Below are positions 14,135-28,963 of a DNA stretch of 64,000 bases, one piece after another. Source of the stretch: Octopus vulgaris (Eukaryota); the NCBI GenBank assembly GCA_951406725.2, contig OX597826.1, forward strand, positions 29,760,001-29,824,000, given 5' to 3'. The notes under the pieces are model-generated. The model did no database searches and had not been told where the DNA came from. It saw nothing but the letters and a program-made list of their open reading frames with translations. The number at the start of each line of letters is the position of its first letter. The first letter of the stretch is position 1. A program made the translations under genes and the position numbers.

Positions 14135-14640
14135 TTATTGTATACAGTGCTCAGGTGCACCACAACTTGTCAGAAAGTGCATATAAAGTACATGCAGTAA
14201 TGTAGAAATGTCTGGAAAGTGAACATGCTTGTGTGTGTATGGAGGGAGAAAATCAAGTGTAGTGTTGGCGAATCTCAGGAAGCATGGAAGTCTTGAAGGA
14301 TGCAGTGCTCCGACAACTAACAACCGATGCCGGCAGTTTGTTCCACGCTTCAGCAACTCTCAGCGTGAAAAAATGTTTCCTGAAGTCATGGGAGCTGTGC
14401 TGTGTTAGATGGGTGGAGTTTGAAGAGGTGCTCAGAGTTATTGCTTGTGCGATGGTTGATAATTTTATGGGTGTCTGCCAAGTCAGCTGCCAGACGTCGG
14501 AGTTTCAATGTGTCCATGCCCAGGGAAGTAAGGCGTTCAGGATATGGCAAATGCCTGATGGAGGGTATTCTTTTGGTTGCACGTCGCTGAACAGCTTCCA
14601 GACGATTGATGTCCTGGGCAAGATAGGGGTTCCATGAAAA
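14135..14640 (-). mobile_element. CR1-type LINE 3' fragment (a family distinct from the two central LINEs)
   Basis: Minus-strand translation: HLPYPERLTSLGMDTLKLRRLAADL..HKII...RKHFFTLRVAEAWNKLPASVV...SFK (CR1 ORF2 C-terminus), followed by an (ATT)n tail. Confidence 0.8.
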
Positions 14641-14906
14641 GCGTTCCAGGGATTCCCTGTTTGATGGTCCTTAATTGAAGGTATGCACACAATTGCATGA
14701 ACATATGGAATACACACATGCACAATCATCAGATATTTCTCTTTCAAAACTTTCTTAGATTTTTTTCTCTTCTAAGCTTTTGTAGCGCCTTGGAATATAT
14801 TCTGATTGGCGATCGAGGATATACACACCCTCGAAAGTAGTCAGCTCTACCGCAACAAAGCATTTCGGAAAAGATTTATGTTTATCAGAATCAGAAGAGA
14901 GCCATA

Positions 14907-15123
14907 CGAGGGGTGTTGAAAAGTTCCTGGCTTTAAAGGTGTCGCGAAAGGCCTGGCTGGAGGCCCAACTTTCCGAGTTCTTTAACAGGGCTTAGAAAAA
15001 CTGAAGGACCGCTGCAATAAGTGTGTGAATCTGAGAGGGGAATACGTTGGATAAAAATCTTAATTAACTGATCCGCCTGTATTTTCTTTTACCCAAATCC
15101 AGGAACTTTACAGCACCCCCTAG
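14907..15123 (+). mobile_element. Mariner-derived MITE
   Basis: TA|cgaggggtgttgaaaagttcctgg ... ccaggaactttacagcaccccctag|TA; interior encodes the mariner C-terminus GLEKLKDRCNKCVNLRGEYV. Confidence 0.85.
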
Positions 15124-15519
15124 TATACGGTTGTTAGAAAGCCTCCAATTAATTGCAGCATAACTAGTCAGAGTAGTTTATGTGGTCCCACCAAACATAG
15201 TTCTCTTATTGAAGGACATTTTTTCAGCCGTGGAACTGGAAATAAAAAAAAAATACCGGATACACAAAAGGTGTAAGAAAGCAGGTAAAGCAGTTGTGAG
15301 AAGTGAAGATTCCGAGGAATTAACATTGAAAGATGTGGCCAAAATCTTCAGAAGTTGTCTGAAAATGTCATTACGATATTATCCAATCCGGATTACCCAC
15401 AATACAAAATATCGAAATATAAGAAGTTACAGGGATATGGAAGGTATATTCACTCTTAACATGAAAGGATGCTGACGGAATTTGGGAGTTAATCAGGTGA
15501 CTTGAGCCGATACCGTTTC

Positions 15520-15559
15520 GTACTTGCTTCAGCATTACATATATTAAAATTGGAACGAT
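15520..15559 (+). pseudogene. U6: U6 snRNA 5' fragment (40 nt)
   Basis: GTACTTGCTTCAGCATTACATATATTAAAATTGGAACGAT matches the conserved U6 5' end; truncated before the ACAGAGA box. Confidence 0.85.
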
Positions 15560-16799
15560 CTGGTACGGCTCCAACAACGGAAATTACATCTTAGACCATT
15601 TTAGCCATCATAAAACATGCGAAAACTTCATTATATCTCGAAGTGCCAAATTTTCGTTGCAAAACCGCTTTATTGGAACTATCTCAGTGTATCGCTGTAT
15701 GTACGTATATCTAATGCTCACTTTCTCTCTCTCTCTCACATATACATATACATATATATATATATAGACACACACACATACATATATAAAGACAGAGGTA
15801 CAGATCAAAGTACACTTACCGTATATATCTTCATCATTAGTGGCATCTTTATTCTCTTATGGAAACCATGTTTTCGACTTCATTTAAAGATCACAATATA
15901 TCATCCAATAGACAAGGGAATTACTAATGCTATCATAAAAAAATATACTTTTCCCTCTTCATGTCGTTGATCATTTCAGGATAGATCTAACATCACTATA
16001 TATTTGTAAAGTTCAGCTTTCAAATTTCAAGACGAATGTCTTCTGTATTTTTCTTCTAAAATTCCGATTTTATGACCTTCCAATGAGTAAACACCTAAGT
16101 TATTCGAAGCGGAATGACAAAACCTGATAATAAAGAAACAAAAAAAAAACATTAACCAGTCAGTTATAAGAATGTTATAAAAATGATTTTATAGCCGAAT
16201 TTTGCAGTGGAGTATTTAAGCCTTAACGGGAAAGGAAAAACTGAGATTAGGCAAGGGATTTTGCTATTGTTCTTATCTTGAATACAAGACGGCAGAATCC
16301 ATTTATTCTCATCCAAGTTTACCAAAAACGGTAAACTTCAATGAAAGGAAAGAGAAAAAAAAATGGCGAATGTGTTTGTCGTCTGTTACAGCCCACGTTT
16401 ATCGAGACGTAATGTTTCAACATTGATATCGACCAGGGGTATATTATTAATACGTTTGTATAAGCTGCTGGATTATGTTGCATATACATCTTTTACAGAG
16501 ATGTATATTTAACAACTTTCACCAGTGAAAGAAATATTTCATCGTCGAAACGAAAAATCTCACATGAAATGTGTGTGTGTGTGTGTGAGACACAAACAAT
16601 GGAGAGTCAAAGACTGTTATAATGATCAAAGAATGGATATATATATATATATATATATACATACATACACACACATACGTGTATAAATATATGTGCATGT
16701 ATATGTATATGCACGTGAACAACAGATAGATGCACATAAAAGAAAAGCAAGGTGGAAATTTATAAAAGATTCATTTATCAAATCGTTACTCTGAGTTTT

Positions 16800-16914
<115 letters not shown>

Positions 16915-17241
16915 GATGAGATTGTAAAATGTTGATTTATATTCAGAAGGCCGTTTAAAATATATATTTACTGCAAACGTTATTGAAAAGGGAATCAGAA
17001 AAAAAAAGAGAAAAAAGGAAACAAGTATTTAAACCAAGATAGGAAAATGGCAAAAATGACACGACAATGAATGAAAGAGAATGAGTGAACGACAGTGAAG
17101 AATAAATAACAATTGTCAAATAAGGAATGAATAACTGGAAGGACTGTATAAATGAATGAAAGAAAAATGATAATTATATATATATAGAAAATTTATACAC
17201 ATATCTATCAATCTATCCACACAAATCTATGTGTCAATACA

Positions 17242-17293
<52 letters not shown>

Positions 17294-17350
17294 CTTACTA
17301 GCTCTCTCGTATACATAACCTACTCCACTTCCCCGCCCCCATACCCGTCC

Positions 17351-17388
<38 letters not shown>

Positions 17389-17899
17389 TATAAATAAATG
17401 GAGGGTGTAAGAGAGAAAATCTATTGAGTAGGAATCATTTATCAAACTTTTATCAAGTGAAGTTCAATATAGAAAATCTGACAACTGAAAACCGAAACCA
17501 CTCACTTGCTACCACGTCTTTCAATCATACTCTCACCCCAACTCGATTCTGTTTCAAGTATGAAATCGGTCTGTTGATGGTGTACAATCGGATTGCTAAC
17601 ACTAAATAGATACTGACGGTGACACGTTCTTGTTGCGAAATATGTGCAGTTGTCTTTTTTCTTTTTCGCGTCTCTTGAAAAGTATGACAACAAGATATCG
17701 TAGACATAGAGATACAGAAAGAGTGAGTGAGAGGGAGAGAGAGAGAGATGAGATATAAAGCGTGAAGGAGAGAAAGAGAGAGAGATGCAGAGAATGAAGG
17801 GAAGAGAGAGAAAAAGAGAGAGAGATACAAACACAGAGAGAAAGAGATGAGAGATAGATAGGATATAGAGTAAAGAGAAGAGAGAGAACGATGGAACGC

Positions 17900-17933
<34 letters not shown>

Positions 17934-18327
17934 CGCGATGGTATGCAGTGAGAGAGAGAGAAGCAAAGGAGAGAGAGAGATGAAAAGAAAGAGAGCAACA
18001 GAGAGATAGAAGGAGCGAGAGAATGAATGGCAGAGACTATTAGTAAAAGATTAATCTTCTATTTTGTAGTCAAACGAAAGCATCCATTCATTTTAATATC
18101 TTATCTCTTAGACTCGCTGATCTTATTTACTGTTCGTTTGTGATACAGTTGGATTTCAGAAAACAGATTTGAAGTTTATGAGAATCCTAGATCTTAGATA
18201 AAACGGATAACCTCTTCAAACGATGAGAAACGAATTTATTTTCCATTTATTCTTGAAAGGTAGACTGGTGGATTAATGGCAGTGTTTCTTTTTGCTATTT
18301 GATTTCCTCTCTCTCACTCCTCTCGCA

Positions 18328-18676
18328 GTAAGTAGTTTGCTTACCAGCCACATGGTTCCAGGTTCAGTCCCACTGCGTGACACCTTGGGCAAGTGTCTTC
18401 TACTATAGCCTCGGACCGACCAAGGCCTTGTGAGTGGATTGGGAAACGGAAACTGAAAGAAGCTCGTCATATGTATATATATATATATATATATGTGTGT
18501 GTGAACTTTCCACTATCGCTCGACAATCAATGTAGGTGTGTTTATGTCTCCTTGACTTAGCGGTTCGACAAAAGACTGACAGAATAAGTACTATGCTTAC
18601 AATGAATAAGTCCTGGGGTCGATTTGTTCGACTAAAAGCGGTGCTCCAGCATGGCCGCAATCAATTGACTGAAATA

Positions 18677-18677
<1 letters not shown>
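18328..18677 (+). mobile_element. SINE family A, near full length
   Basis: Head (ggttcagtcccactgcgtgacaccttgggcaagtgtcttctactatagcc), internal TA/TG tract, tail gcggtgctccagcatggccgcaatcaattgactgaaa. Confidence 0.88.
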
Positions 18678-18723
<46 letters not shown>

Positions 18724-18726
18724 TAA

Positions 18727-19408
18727 TAGAAGGGTAAAATTCATTAATCAAATTAACTAAATAATTAATCAAATAATTAATAATTTTACCAAGTACGTTA
18801 AAATAACCTTTATAGGTAAAATTATCCACATAATTATAATTAGAGTTCAGTTAATTGCTTCATCACACACCGAATTTAGAAATAGGAGTTAAAATTCATT
18901 TTCTGCTACTATAAGAATTTCCATGACGGTAACATACTTTTTTACGAAGGCAAACAGAAAAACAATGAATCAACACGACCATATACGCGTTTCGAGATTA
19001 AAGTGATTTAAATTTTACTTCTCTCTTCAGTATAATATTTCCAATTTATAAAATTTGAAAGTGCTAGGGCTAAATATGCACACAATCGAGCGACATCGTG
19101 CAACAGATATCCGACCAACACTTCCAAAATTTACAGAGCCGAATGTGAATACACTATTCAAAATCCATACCCACGTGTATGCTACGAGCAATACCGCAGA
19201 AAACTGCAATATTCTATCATGGAGTAAATTATAATTTTAAATCAATAATATAAGGGTAAAACTTATAAATTTCTTATAGTAGCAGAAAAGGAATAATGCG
19301 GATAATTTTACCTATAAAGGTCATTTTAACGTACCGATCTACTTGGTAAAATTATTAATTAATTGATTAATTAATCAGTTAAATTGATTAATAAATTTTA
19401 CCCTTCTA
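18727..19408 (-). mobile_element. Foldback PLE-type terminal remnant with inverted ends and an internal hammerhead
   Basis: tagaagggtaaaatt...cctttataggtaaaattatcc and ttttctgctactataagaa on the left are inverted at 19270-19408; hammerhead at 18980-19034. Confidence 0.65.
18980..19034 (-). ncRNA. Type I hammerhead ribozyme motif
   Basis: Minus strand: tata-CTGAAGA-gaga...tctc-GAAAC-gc-GTA-tatg; palindromic stem III ACGCGT. Confidence 0.75.
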
Positions 19409-19539
19409 TGTGTGTGTGTGTGTGTGTGTGTATGTGTGTGTGTGTTAAAGTGTGTGTAGTGATCTGAAGAAAAGGTGTCTGCTATTTCTAACAGGTGGAG
19501 TGACTGCATGGAAGATCTCTCACCTTATTGGTTCGTGAT

Positions 19540-19730
19540 AACATTGGTAGCACGCGCCGGACAAAAAGCACGGCGTCATTTCGTCCGGTTTCCCATTATA
19601 AGTTCAAATTCTGCGGCAGTCGACTTTGCTTTTTAACCTTTGGAGGTCGATAAATAAATAATGTACCGGTTAAATACTGGGGTCAATGAAATCGACCAGC
19701 AATATTTCAGGCTTTGTGCCTATAGTAGAC
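19540..19730 (+). mobile_element. SINE family B copy
   Basis: gcacgcgccggacaaaa...agttcaaattctgcggcagtcgactttgc...ggtcgataaa...ctggggtcaatgaaatcgac. Confidence 0.7.
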
Positions 19731-19959
19731 AGAAAAAAAAGGAAACTTATGCAGATGTAATCGCGGCTATAATGAAATGCGCGTATATATATATATATAT
19801 ACAGGATATATGGACAGCCATGTTATAATGGCGATGGTTTATATCCGGTACTGACTTCGATATAATTACAGTTTGAATCAACGAGCTTGGCTCTATGTAC
19901 TCAATTGACATGCGTGAAATAGCAGCTAAACTTCTCTGAAACTATGGTTTCAAATGTTT

Positions 19960-20165
19960 TCAAATTTTGGCACAAGACCAGCAATTTCAGGGGAAGGGTA
20001 ATTCGATTACATCGACCACAGTACGTGACTGGTACTCATATTATCGGCCCCGAAAGGATAAAAGGTAAATCCGACCTCGGTGAAATTTGAACTCAGAAAG
20101 AAAAGACGAACGAAATGCCGCTAAACATTTTCTTCGACCTGTTAACGACTCTGCCAGCTCGCTGT
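19960..20165 (-). mobile_element. SINE family B copy
   Basis: ccccgaaaggataaaaggtaaatccgacctcggtgaaatttgaactcagaa...ctctgccagctcgc. Confidence 0.8.
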
Positions 20166-20369
20166 CAAACCTCTCTGATATTATACCATACCGTCTTACA
20201 TGGGGGGAACGACTCGTAGAATGTCTTTCGAACAGGGTTGATATAAGGTTAGACAACCATAATGTAGCCATGAACAAGTCACGTCCATTACGAACAGCGA
20301 CTCGGTCTGGGTGTCTTAGAAACGGCAGCACTGAAACGAACTCCCTTCTGTGCTGCAGTAAATAGCGAC

Positions 20370-20712
20370 AAGTGGCTGTGTGGGTAACAGAGTTGCTTCC
20401 CAACTATGTAATCTTGGTTCAGTCCCATCGCGCGGCATCCTGAGAAAGTATCTTTTATAGAACAAAGTCTTATGGGTGGTTTTGGTAGACAGAAACTGAA
20501 AGAATCTCCTCATGCATGCCTGTGTGTACGTGTCCCTCACCACACACCGCCTGATAACCGACGATGGTTTGTTTACGTAACTTAACAACAAATCAATATA
20601 AATTGATAGACTTAGTGCCAGGTTACAAATAAGTATACGTACTGGATCCGGTTCGTTCGACTGAGCCCCTCAAACGGTGCTCCATCATGGCCATAGGCTA
20701 ATGACTGAAGAC
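20370..20712 (+). mobile_element. SINE family A copy
   Basis: gtggctgtgtgggtaacagagttgcttcccaac...ttggtagacagaaactgaaagaa...cggtgctccatcatggcc. Confidence 0.75.
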
Positions 20713-20754
20713 AAAAAGCTGCTGCACAATTGCCGCCGTCAATTCTTTTTTTCA

Positions 20755-21121
20755 TTCTTTCTTTTACTCTTTTACTTGTTTCAGTCATTTGACTGCGGCC
20801 ATACTGGAGCACCGCCTTTAGTCGAGCAAATCGACCCCAGGACTTATTCTTTGTAAGCCTAGTTACGGGGAAATAAACACACCAGCATCGGTTGTCAAGC
20901 GATGTTGGAGAGACAAGCACTGACACAAACATATACACACATATACATATATATATACATATATACGACGGGCTTCTTTCAGTTTCCGTCTACCAAATTC
21001 ACTCACAAGGCTTTGGTCGGCCCGATGCTATAGTAGAAGACACTTATCCAAGGTACCACGAAGCAGGATTGAACCCGGAACCATGTGGTTGGTAAGGAAG
21101 AACTTACCACATAGTCACTCC
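20755..21121 (-). mobile_element. SINE family A copy with (GTAAAAGA)n tail
   Basis: cttttactcttttacttgtttcagtcatttgactgcggccatactggagcaccgcc...gtttccgtctaccaaattcactcacaaggc...gaacccggaaccatgtggttgg. Confidence 0.9.
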
Positions 21122-21370
21122 TCAATATACATTCTCGAAGAATAAAAAAAAATGAAATGACTTTCATGAGAAGGAGCGGAAATTATTTTCCATTAACCCT
21201 TTGCTGATAAAATGGGACAGCCATGATACCAACAGAGGGCGTCTTGTCTATGTTATTTGTTGCTTGTTATGAATAAAAACTAAGAATATAGTTGTTTGCT
21301 TCATGTTAAAAAAAATATTCCCCTGCGACACTTGCTATCACTAGTGTGTGTGCGTACATATATACCAAAC

Positions 21371-21410
<40 letters not shown>

Positions 21411-21627
21411 CATATGTATATATATATATATATATATATACATACATACGCACATGCACAAATACATGTATGTTTCCGTACAAATGCACATGCGAATACA
21501 CATATGCATGTGTGCATATATATATTTTGCATATTCACACCATATAAATACACATACACACAGACACACACAGATGAGCAAGTATATACACACGTGTATG
21601 CATCTATATGTATACGTATATAATATT

Positions 21628-21664
<37 letters not shown>

Positions 21665-21770
21665 GTTTGTATATGTATATATATATATATATATATTGTA
21701 TATGTATATATATATATATATATATGTTTATATATAAGGTATATATATATATATATATATATATGTATTG

Positions 21771-21807
<37 letters not shown>

Positions 21808-21879
21808 TGTATATATATATATATATGATATATATAATATAATGTTTGTATATATATATATATACATTATATATATATA

Positions 21880-22325
21880 TAAAAAGTGTAGTGTGTGATA
21901 TATTTGGAAAAATATATAATAAATAAATATATTGTTAAATTTGTTTGTTATATGTATATATATATATATATATATATTGTATATGTATATATATATATGT
22001 AATAGTATATAATGTTTGTAATATTGTATATATATATATAGATAAATGTTTGTTTTTTACTGATGTTTAGAAATATATAGATATAAAAAGATATGTACCA
22101 TTTGGTTTATATGTCCCCTATATATATATATATATAATGTTTGTATATGTATATATATATATATACACACACACACACATATATGTATATATATATATAT
22201 ACACACATACATATATACACACAATCACACACACACACACACACACACACAACTCCACATACATATAATATACATATGCCCTAAATATAACATGTATTTA
22301 TATATAATATACACACATATATAAA

Positions 22326-22382
<57 letters not shown>

Positions 22383-23141
22383 TATATACATAATATTATC
22401 ACACAAATGTATACCTAGCATATATATACACATACAATACATATACACATATGTATATAATATATACATACATAATATATGCATGTAATATACATACATA
22501 CATATAATATATATATATGTATATACATATATACATATATACATGTACATATATATATAGTACACACACACATACATACATACACACATACACACACACG
22601 TACGCATACATATAAATATATAGACACACACACACATATATACATATGTATATATACACATAACGTATATACATGTATACGTTGCGTGTATATATATGTA
22701 TATTGTGTATGTATATGTGTGTGTGTGTCTATATATATATATGTATGCGTATATGTATGTATATGTATGTATATTGTGTGTATATGTGGTATATCTATGT
22801 ATGTGTATGTAAACATATTTATATGTATATATGTATATATGTATATGCATTGTCTATATATATATATATATATATGTATGTATTATATATATATATATGC
22901 ATATATATGTGTATGTGTATTATATATATGCTGTGTATGTGTATATATGTGTATATATATATATAGGTGTATTTGTGTGATATATATATTATGTATATAT
23001 ATGTGTGTATATATATGTGTATGTATATGTATGTGTATATATATATGTTTGTATATATATGTTTTATATATGTATATATATATATATAAATATATATTAT
23101 ATATTGTGTGCTATGTGTATATATTATATATGTGGGTGCGT

Positions 23142-23174
<33 letters not shown>

Positions 23175-23305
23175 TGTGTGTATGTGGTGTGTGTGTGTAT
23201 ATATGTATATATATTGTTGTTGTGTGTGTGTGTATATATGTGTGACAAACAGACGCTGTCTGACCAGCAGGCACACGGACACATCTATTCACACCCGCAT
23301 ACTCA
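21880..23305. mobile_element. Degenerate tail-to-tail copy of the 3' region of the PLE at 31875-38117 (no ORF)
   Basis: 23240-23303 tgtgacaaacagacgctgtctgaccagcaggca...ttcacacccgcatact matches 37388-37448; 22300-22660 resembles the reverse complement of ~36900-37200. Confidence 0.65.
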
Positions 23306-23326
23306 TATATATATATAAATATATGC

Positions 23327-23360
<34 letters not shown>

Positions 23361-23393
23361 ATATATATATATGCTATATATATATGTATATAA

Positions 23394-23468
<75 letters not shown>

Positions 23469-23621
23469 GTATATATATATATTTCTATATATATATGTAT
23501 ATATATATATGTATATATATGTATATCTATATATATGTATATATATACATGTATATATATATATGCGATATATATATATGTATATATACCATATGTATAT
23601 AATATATATGTTTATATATAT

Positions 23622-23661
<40 letters not shown>

Positions 23662-23874
23662 TATATATATATATATATACATATATATGTATATATATAT
23701 GTATATATAAACATGTTTGATATATATATATATATATGACATATTATATATATATAATATATCAATGTTATATATATGACATATATATTTATACATATAT
23801 ATGTATATACCGTTATATATATATATACATATATAATATGTATATTATATATATTATATATAATATATATACCC

Positions 23875-25860
<1,986 letters not shown>

Positions 25861-25939
25861 TTTTACTCTTTTACTCTTTTACTTGTTTCAGCCATCCGGC
25901 TGAGGCCATGCTGGGGCACCGCCCTTGTTGCTACCCTCT

Positions 25940-28900
25940 CTAAGTCCAGTTTGCCGTGGCTGGCCACTGATCTAAGAGAGAGTTTGTAGCTGCTGCCCTT
26001 AGGTTACCTTCGTACCTTGCAGTGGGTTCATCTGGGATCCCGGAAAGCAGCTTGTCTAGATGTTTTTTGAAAATGTCCACATCCGCATCATGTAGATCTC
26101 TTAGTTTTCTTGGCAGTTTGTTGAACAGCTGAGGGCCCCTGAACCCCAGGCTATTACAGTATCTGCTCCTTACCCTGGATGTGGAAGACGGGACCTTTGG
26201 CACCACACAGTGACGACCTGTACGGGGATTGGAACAGCTCTCAATTCCAAAATTTGGTGCTAGTCCCTCCAGGATTTTCCATATGTATATCACTGCATAT
26301 CTCTCTCGTCTTCGTTCCAAGGAGTACAAATTGAGTTCCCTAAGCCTCTCCCAATAGTTCTTTTCTTTCATGGTGGAAATCCTCTTGGTGAAATGTCTTT
26401 GGATTGTCTCAAGCTCTGTGGTTAGTTTGACACTATGCGGTGACCACAGTTGGGAGCAGTAGTCTAGGCGGCTTAGGACAAATGTCCTCCATAGTGTCAA
26501 CATGGTCTCGCAGTCTCTTGTCCGGAATGTCCTCAGGATCCAGCCAGTGAGTCGTCTGCACATTGTCGCCACCTTCGCGATGTGTGAAGAAAAAGATGCA
26601 TCGTCACTCATGTCTATCCCCAGGTCCCGTATTGATTTCGATACTGGGATTTCGATCCCTCCTGGACCAGTATAGTTGTGTTGTAATGTATATGTGTTTA
26701 CAGCTTGATATTGTAAGGCTTGAAATTTACCAGCATTAAATTGCATGTTGTTGTCTTCAGCCCATTTGTATATGGCATCCAGATCTTGTTGTAAAAGGTC
26801 AGCATCAGCTGGGTTTTTGATTGCCTGTGCTACCTTTGTGTCATCAGCATAGCTAGTGAGGGATGTTGTTTGTGCTACCAAGGGCATGTCAGAGAGCGCC
26901 ACCAAAAACAGCAAGGGTCCCAAGACTGTGCCCTGTGGCACCCCGCTTGCTATTGGTGTCTTTCCCGAGAGGGCTCCATTGGCTGCAACCATCTGGCTTC
27001 TGTCCTTCAGGAAGTCATGTATCCACTCACCTACTTTTCCTGTTATGCCGAGTCTGAGTAATTTGTGACATATCACTCCGTGGTCGACTTTGTCAAAGGC
27101 CTTCGCAAAGTCGAGATATACCACATCCACCTGTGAGCGATCCAGTAGTTGTTTCAGTACCCAGTCGTAGTGTTGTAACAGCTGCGTAAGGCAGCTTCTT
27201 CCTGGGCGAAAGCCATGCTGTGTGTCAGTGAGACGGTTAGTTTCTTCGAGGAACGTGATCAGTTTTTTTCTGATGATTCGTTCCATGACCTTACTTATGT
27301 GTGACGTCAGGGAGACTGGCCTGTAGTTTTTTGCCTCTGCTCTACTCCCTCCTTTGTGGATAGGGCATATGGTGCCTTCTTTTAGCGCCCTGGGCAGTTT
27401 ACCGTTAGCCAAGGAACCACTGAAGAGCATCTTCAGTGGTCCCGCTAGGGCATGCCTGCATGTTTTTAGGAGGACTGCTGGGAATCCATCTGGTCCAGCA
27501 GCTGAGTTTATTCTCATTTCTTCTATGGCAGATATTACATCCCTCTCTGTTATGTCTATGTGGTCGATGGTTGTTGTTTGGTTTTGGAGTGTTGTGGCAT
27601 CAAAGAAAACTTCTGGGTTTGTGATTTGCATGTGCCCCAGAGGGGATGTGAACACACTTTTATACTGTTCCTTTAGTATTTCACTTATCCCTTGGGGGTC
27701 CTCAGTTAGAGAGCCCTTTTTATCAAAGAGTGGGCCAATCTTGCAGTGTACCGAGGTGGTTTCTTTCGCAAATTTAAAGAAAGCTTTAGGGTTTGTTTTA
27801 ATATTCTCTATGGCCCTGGCTTCTCTCTCTGCCCTCTCCTTCTCATAGGAAAGTTTGAGTGCAGTTTCCGTTTCAAAAAGTTTCAGGTGGAGTCCCTTAT
27901 TGTTTCTCTGCCGTGCATTCAGTTGCTTCGAGAGCTTAGCTCTTCGCCTCATAAGTATTTTCCTGTCTCTGGGAATAACGTTCCTATGCCCGCTGGCTTT
28001 TTTCTCCGGGACAAACTTATGGCATATGTTCTGTATTGTTGTCATGAAATGTTGGAAATGTGTGTTGGTCTCTTGTGTGGTGATGAAGTCACTCCAGTCA
28101 TGTTTTCGGATCTCTTCGTTGATCTTCTTCCAGTTTGCCTTATGGAAGTTTAGACTGGATAGGCCTGTGGTATTTTCTAATGGCTGCGTCTCAACTAACT
28201 CTCTCATACCATATATCATTACCTCTACTAAGTTGTGATCTGAGAGAATTGTAGGTGTTACCATTATGTTGTGGATGAGCATCGGGTTGCTTGTGAAACA
28301 GAGGTCCAAGACATTCTCACCTCTTGTTGGCCGAAGCACTGCTTGTTCCATGAAAAACTTGCGTGTGAGAGCCAACAAGGACTCTGTCTGTCTCTGTTCA
28401 AGTGATGTCATTCCAGGGAGGAGATGGCCATCTGGCCATTTGACTTTCGGAAGGTTAAAATCTCCCAGCAGTAGAATGGTGTTACCCTGGTCCAGTTTGT
28501 CCAGGACTTCTTCTATTCTTCTGAGGCTATCTTCAAACACTCCTTCATGACTAGGGGTGTCTGGTGGCCGATATGTGACACATATTACTATTTTCGGTTG
28601 TTTCATGTGTACTATCAGTGTGTCACAGACTGAGTTTGAGTGTGTCAACAGTACTATGGGTGTGACATCTTCACGGACGTACAGGGCAACCCCACCATGA
28701 GTTCTTTCCTTCCTGTCTGACCGAAAAACAGTATACTTTGGTACGTGTATTTCTGCATCTGCTATACTGCTTGACAGGTGCGTTTCAGTCAGCGCTATGC
28801 ATATTGCATGGTTGCTTGTGCTTAAGTCCCTAAGGTAAGGAATTTTACTCATATTAGTGGGTTTCACCAGACCTCTGACATTCAGCAGAAGCACTGGTGA

Positions 28901-28963
28901 GATATTTGGGGTGTCAATAAAGGCTGTCGGTGTGGCACCTGGGCTGGTGTCAGCGGTGGCCAC
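25940..28963 (-). CDS. LINE ORF2: APE endonuclease + reverse transcriptase (1007 aa, intact)
   Basis: APE motifs [40 protein letters not shown]; RT motifs [40 protein letters not shown]; start codon uncertain. Confidence 0.97.
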   Translation of the reverse strand: MATADTSPGATPTAFIDTPNISPVLLLNVRGLVKPTNMSKIPYLRDLSTSNHAICIALTETHLSSSIADAEIHVPKYTVFRSDRKERTHGGVALYVREDVTPIVLLTHSNSVCDTLIVHMKQPKIVICVTYRPPDTPSHEGVFEDSLRRIEEVLDKLDQGNTILLLGDFNLPKVKWPDGHLLPGMTSLEQRQTESLLALTRKFFMEQAVLRPTRGENVLDLCFTSNPMLIHNIMVTPTILSDHNLVEVMIYGMRELVETQPLENTTGLSSLNFHKANWKKINEEIRKHDWSDFITTQETNTHFQHFMTTIQNICHKFVPEKKASGHRNVIPRDRKILMRRRAKLSKQLNARQRNNKGLHLKLFETETALKLSYEKERAEREARAIENIKTNPKAFFKFAKETTSVHCKIGPLFDKKGSLTEDPQGISEILKEQYKSVFTSPLGHMQITNPEVFFDATTLQNQTTTIDHIDITERDVISAIEEMRINSAAGPDGFPAVLLKTCRHALAGPLKMLFSGSLANGKLPRALKEGTICPIHKGGSRAEAKNYRPVSLTSHISKVMERIIRKKLITFLEETNRLTDTQHGFRPGRSCLTQLLQHYDWVLKQLLDRSQVDVVYLDFAKAFDKVDHGVICHKLLRLGITGKVGEWIHDFLKDRSQMVAANGALSGKTPIASGVPQGTVLGPLLFLVALSDMPLVAQTTSLTSYADDTKVAQAIKNPADADLLQQDLDAIYKWAEDNNMQFNAGKFQALQYQAVNTYTLQHNYTGPGGIEIPVSKSIRDLGIDMSDDASFSSHIAKVATMCRRLTGWILRTFRTRDCETMLTLWRTFVLSRLDYCSQLWSPHSVKLTTELETIQRHFTKRISTMKEKNYWERLRELNLYSLERRRERYAVIYIWKILEGLAPNFGIESCSNPRTGRHCVVPKVPSSTSRVRSRYCNSLGFRGPQLFNKLPRKLRDLHDADVDIFKKHLDKLLSGIPDEPTARYEGNLRAAATNSLLDQWPATANWT

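Noticed and set aside
15812-15870. Minus-strand ATG...ACG|GTAAGT candidate exon (similar micro-exon candidate at ~49080-49110)
   Set aside because: Splice-like words alone, with no recognisable protein, are expected by chance in 64 kb.
26856-28550. Plus-strand ORFs within the LINE
   Set aside because: Antisense shadows of ORF2 with no independent motifs.
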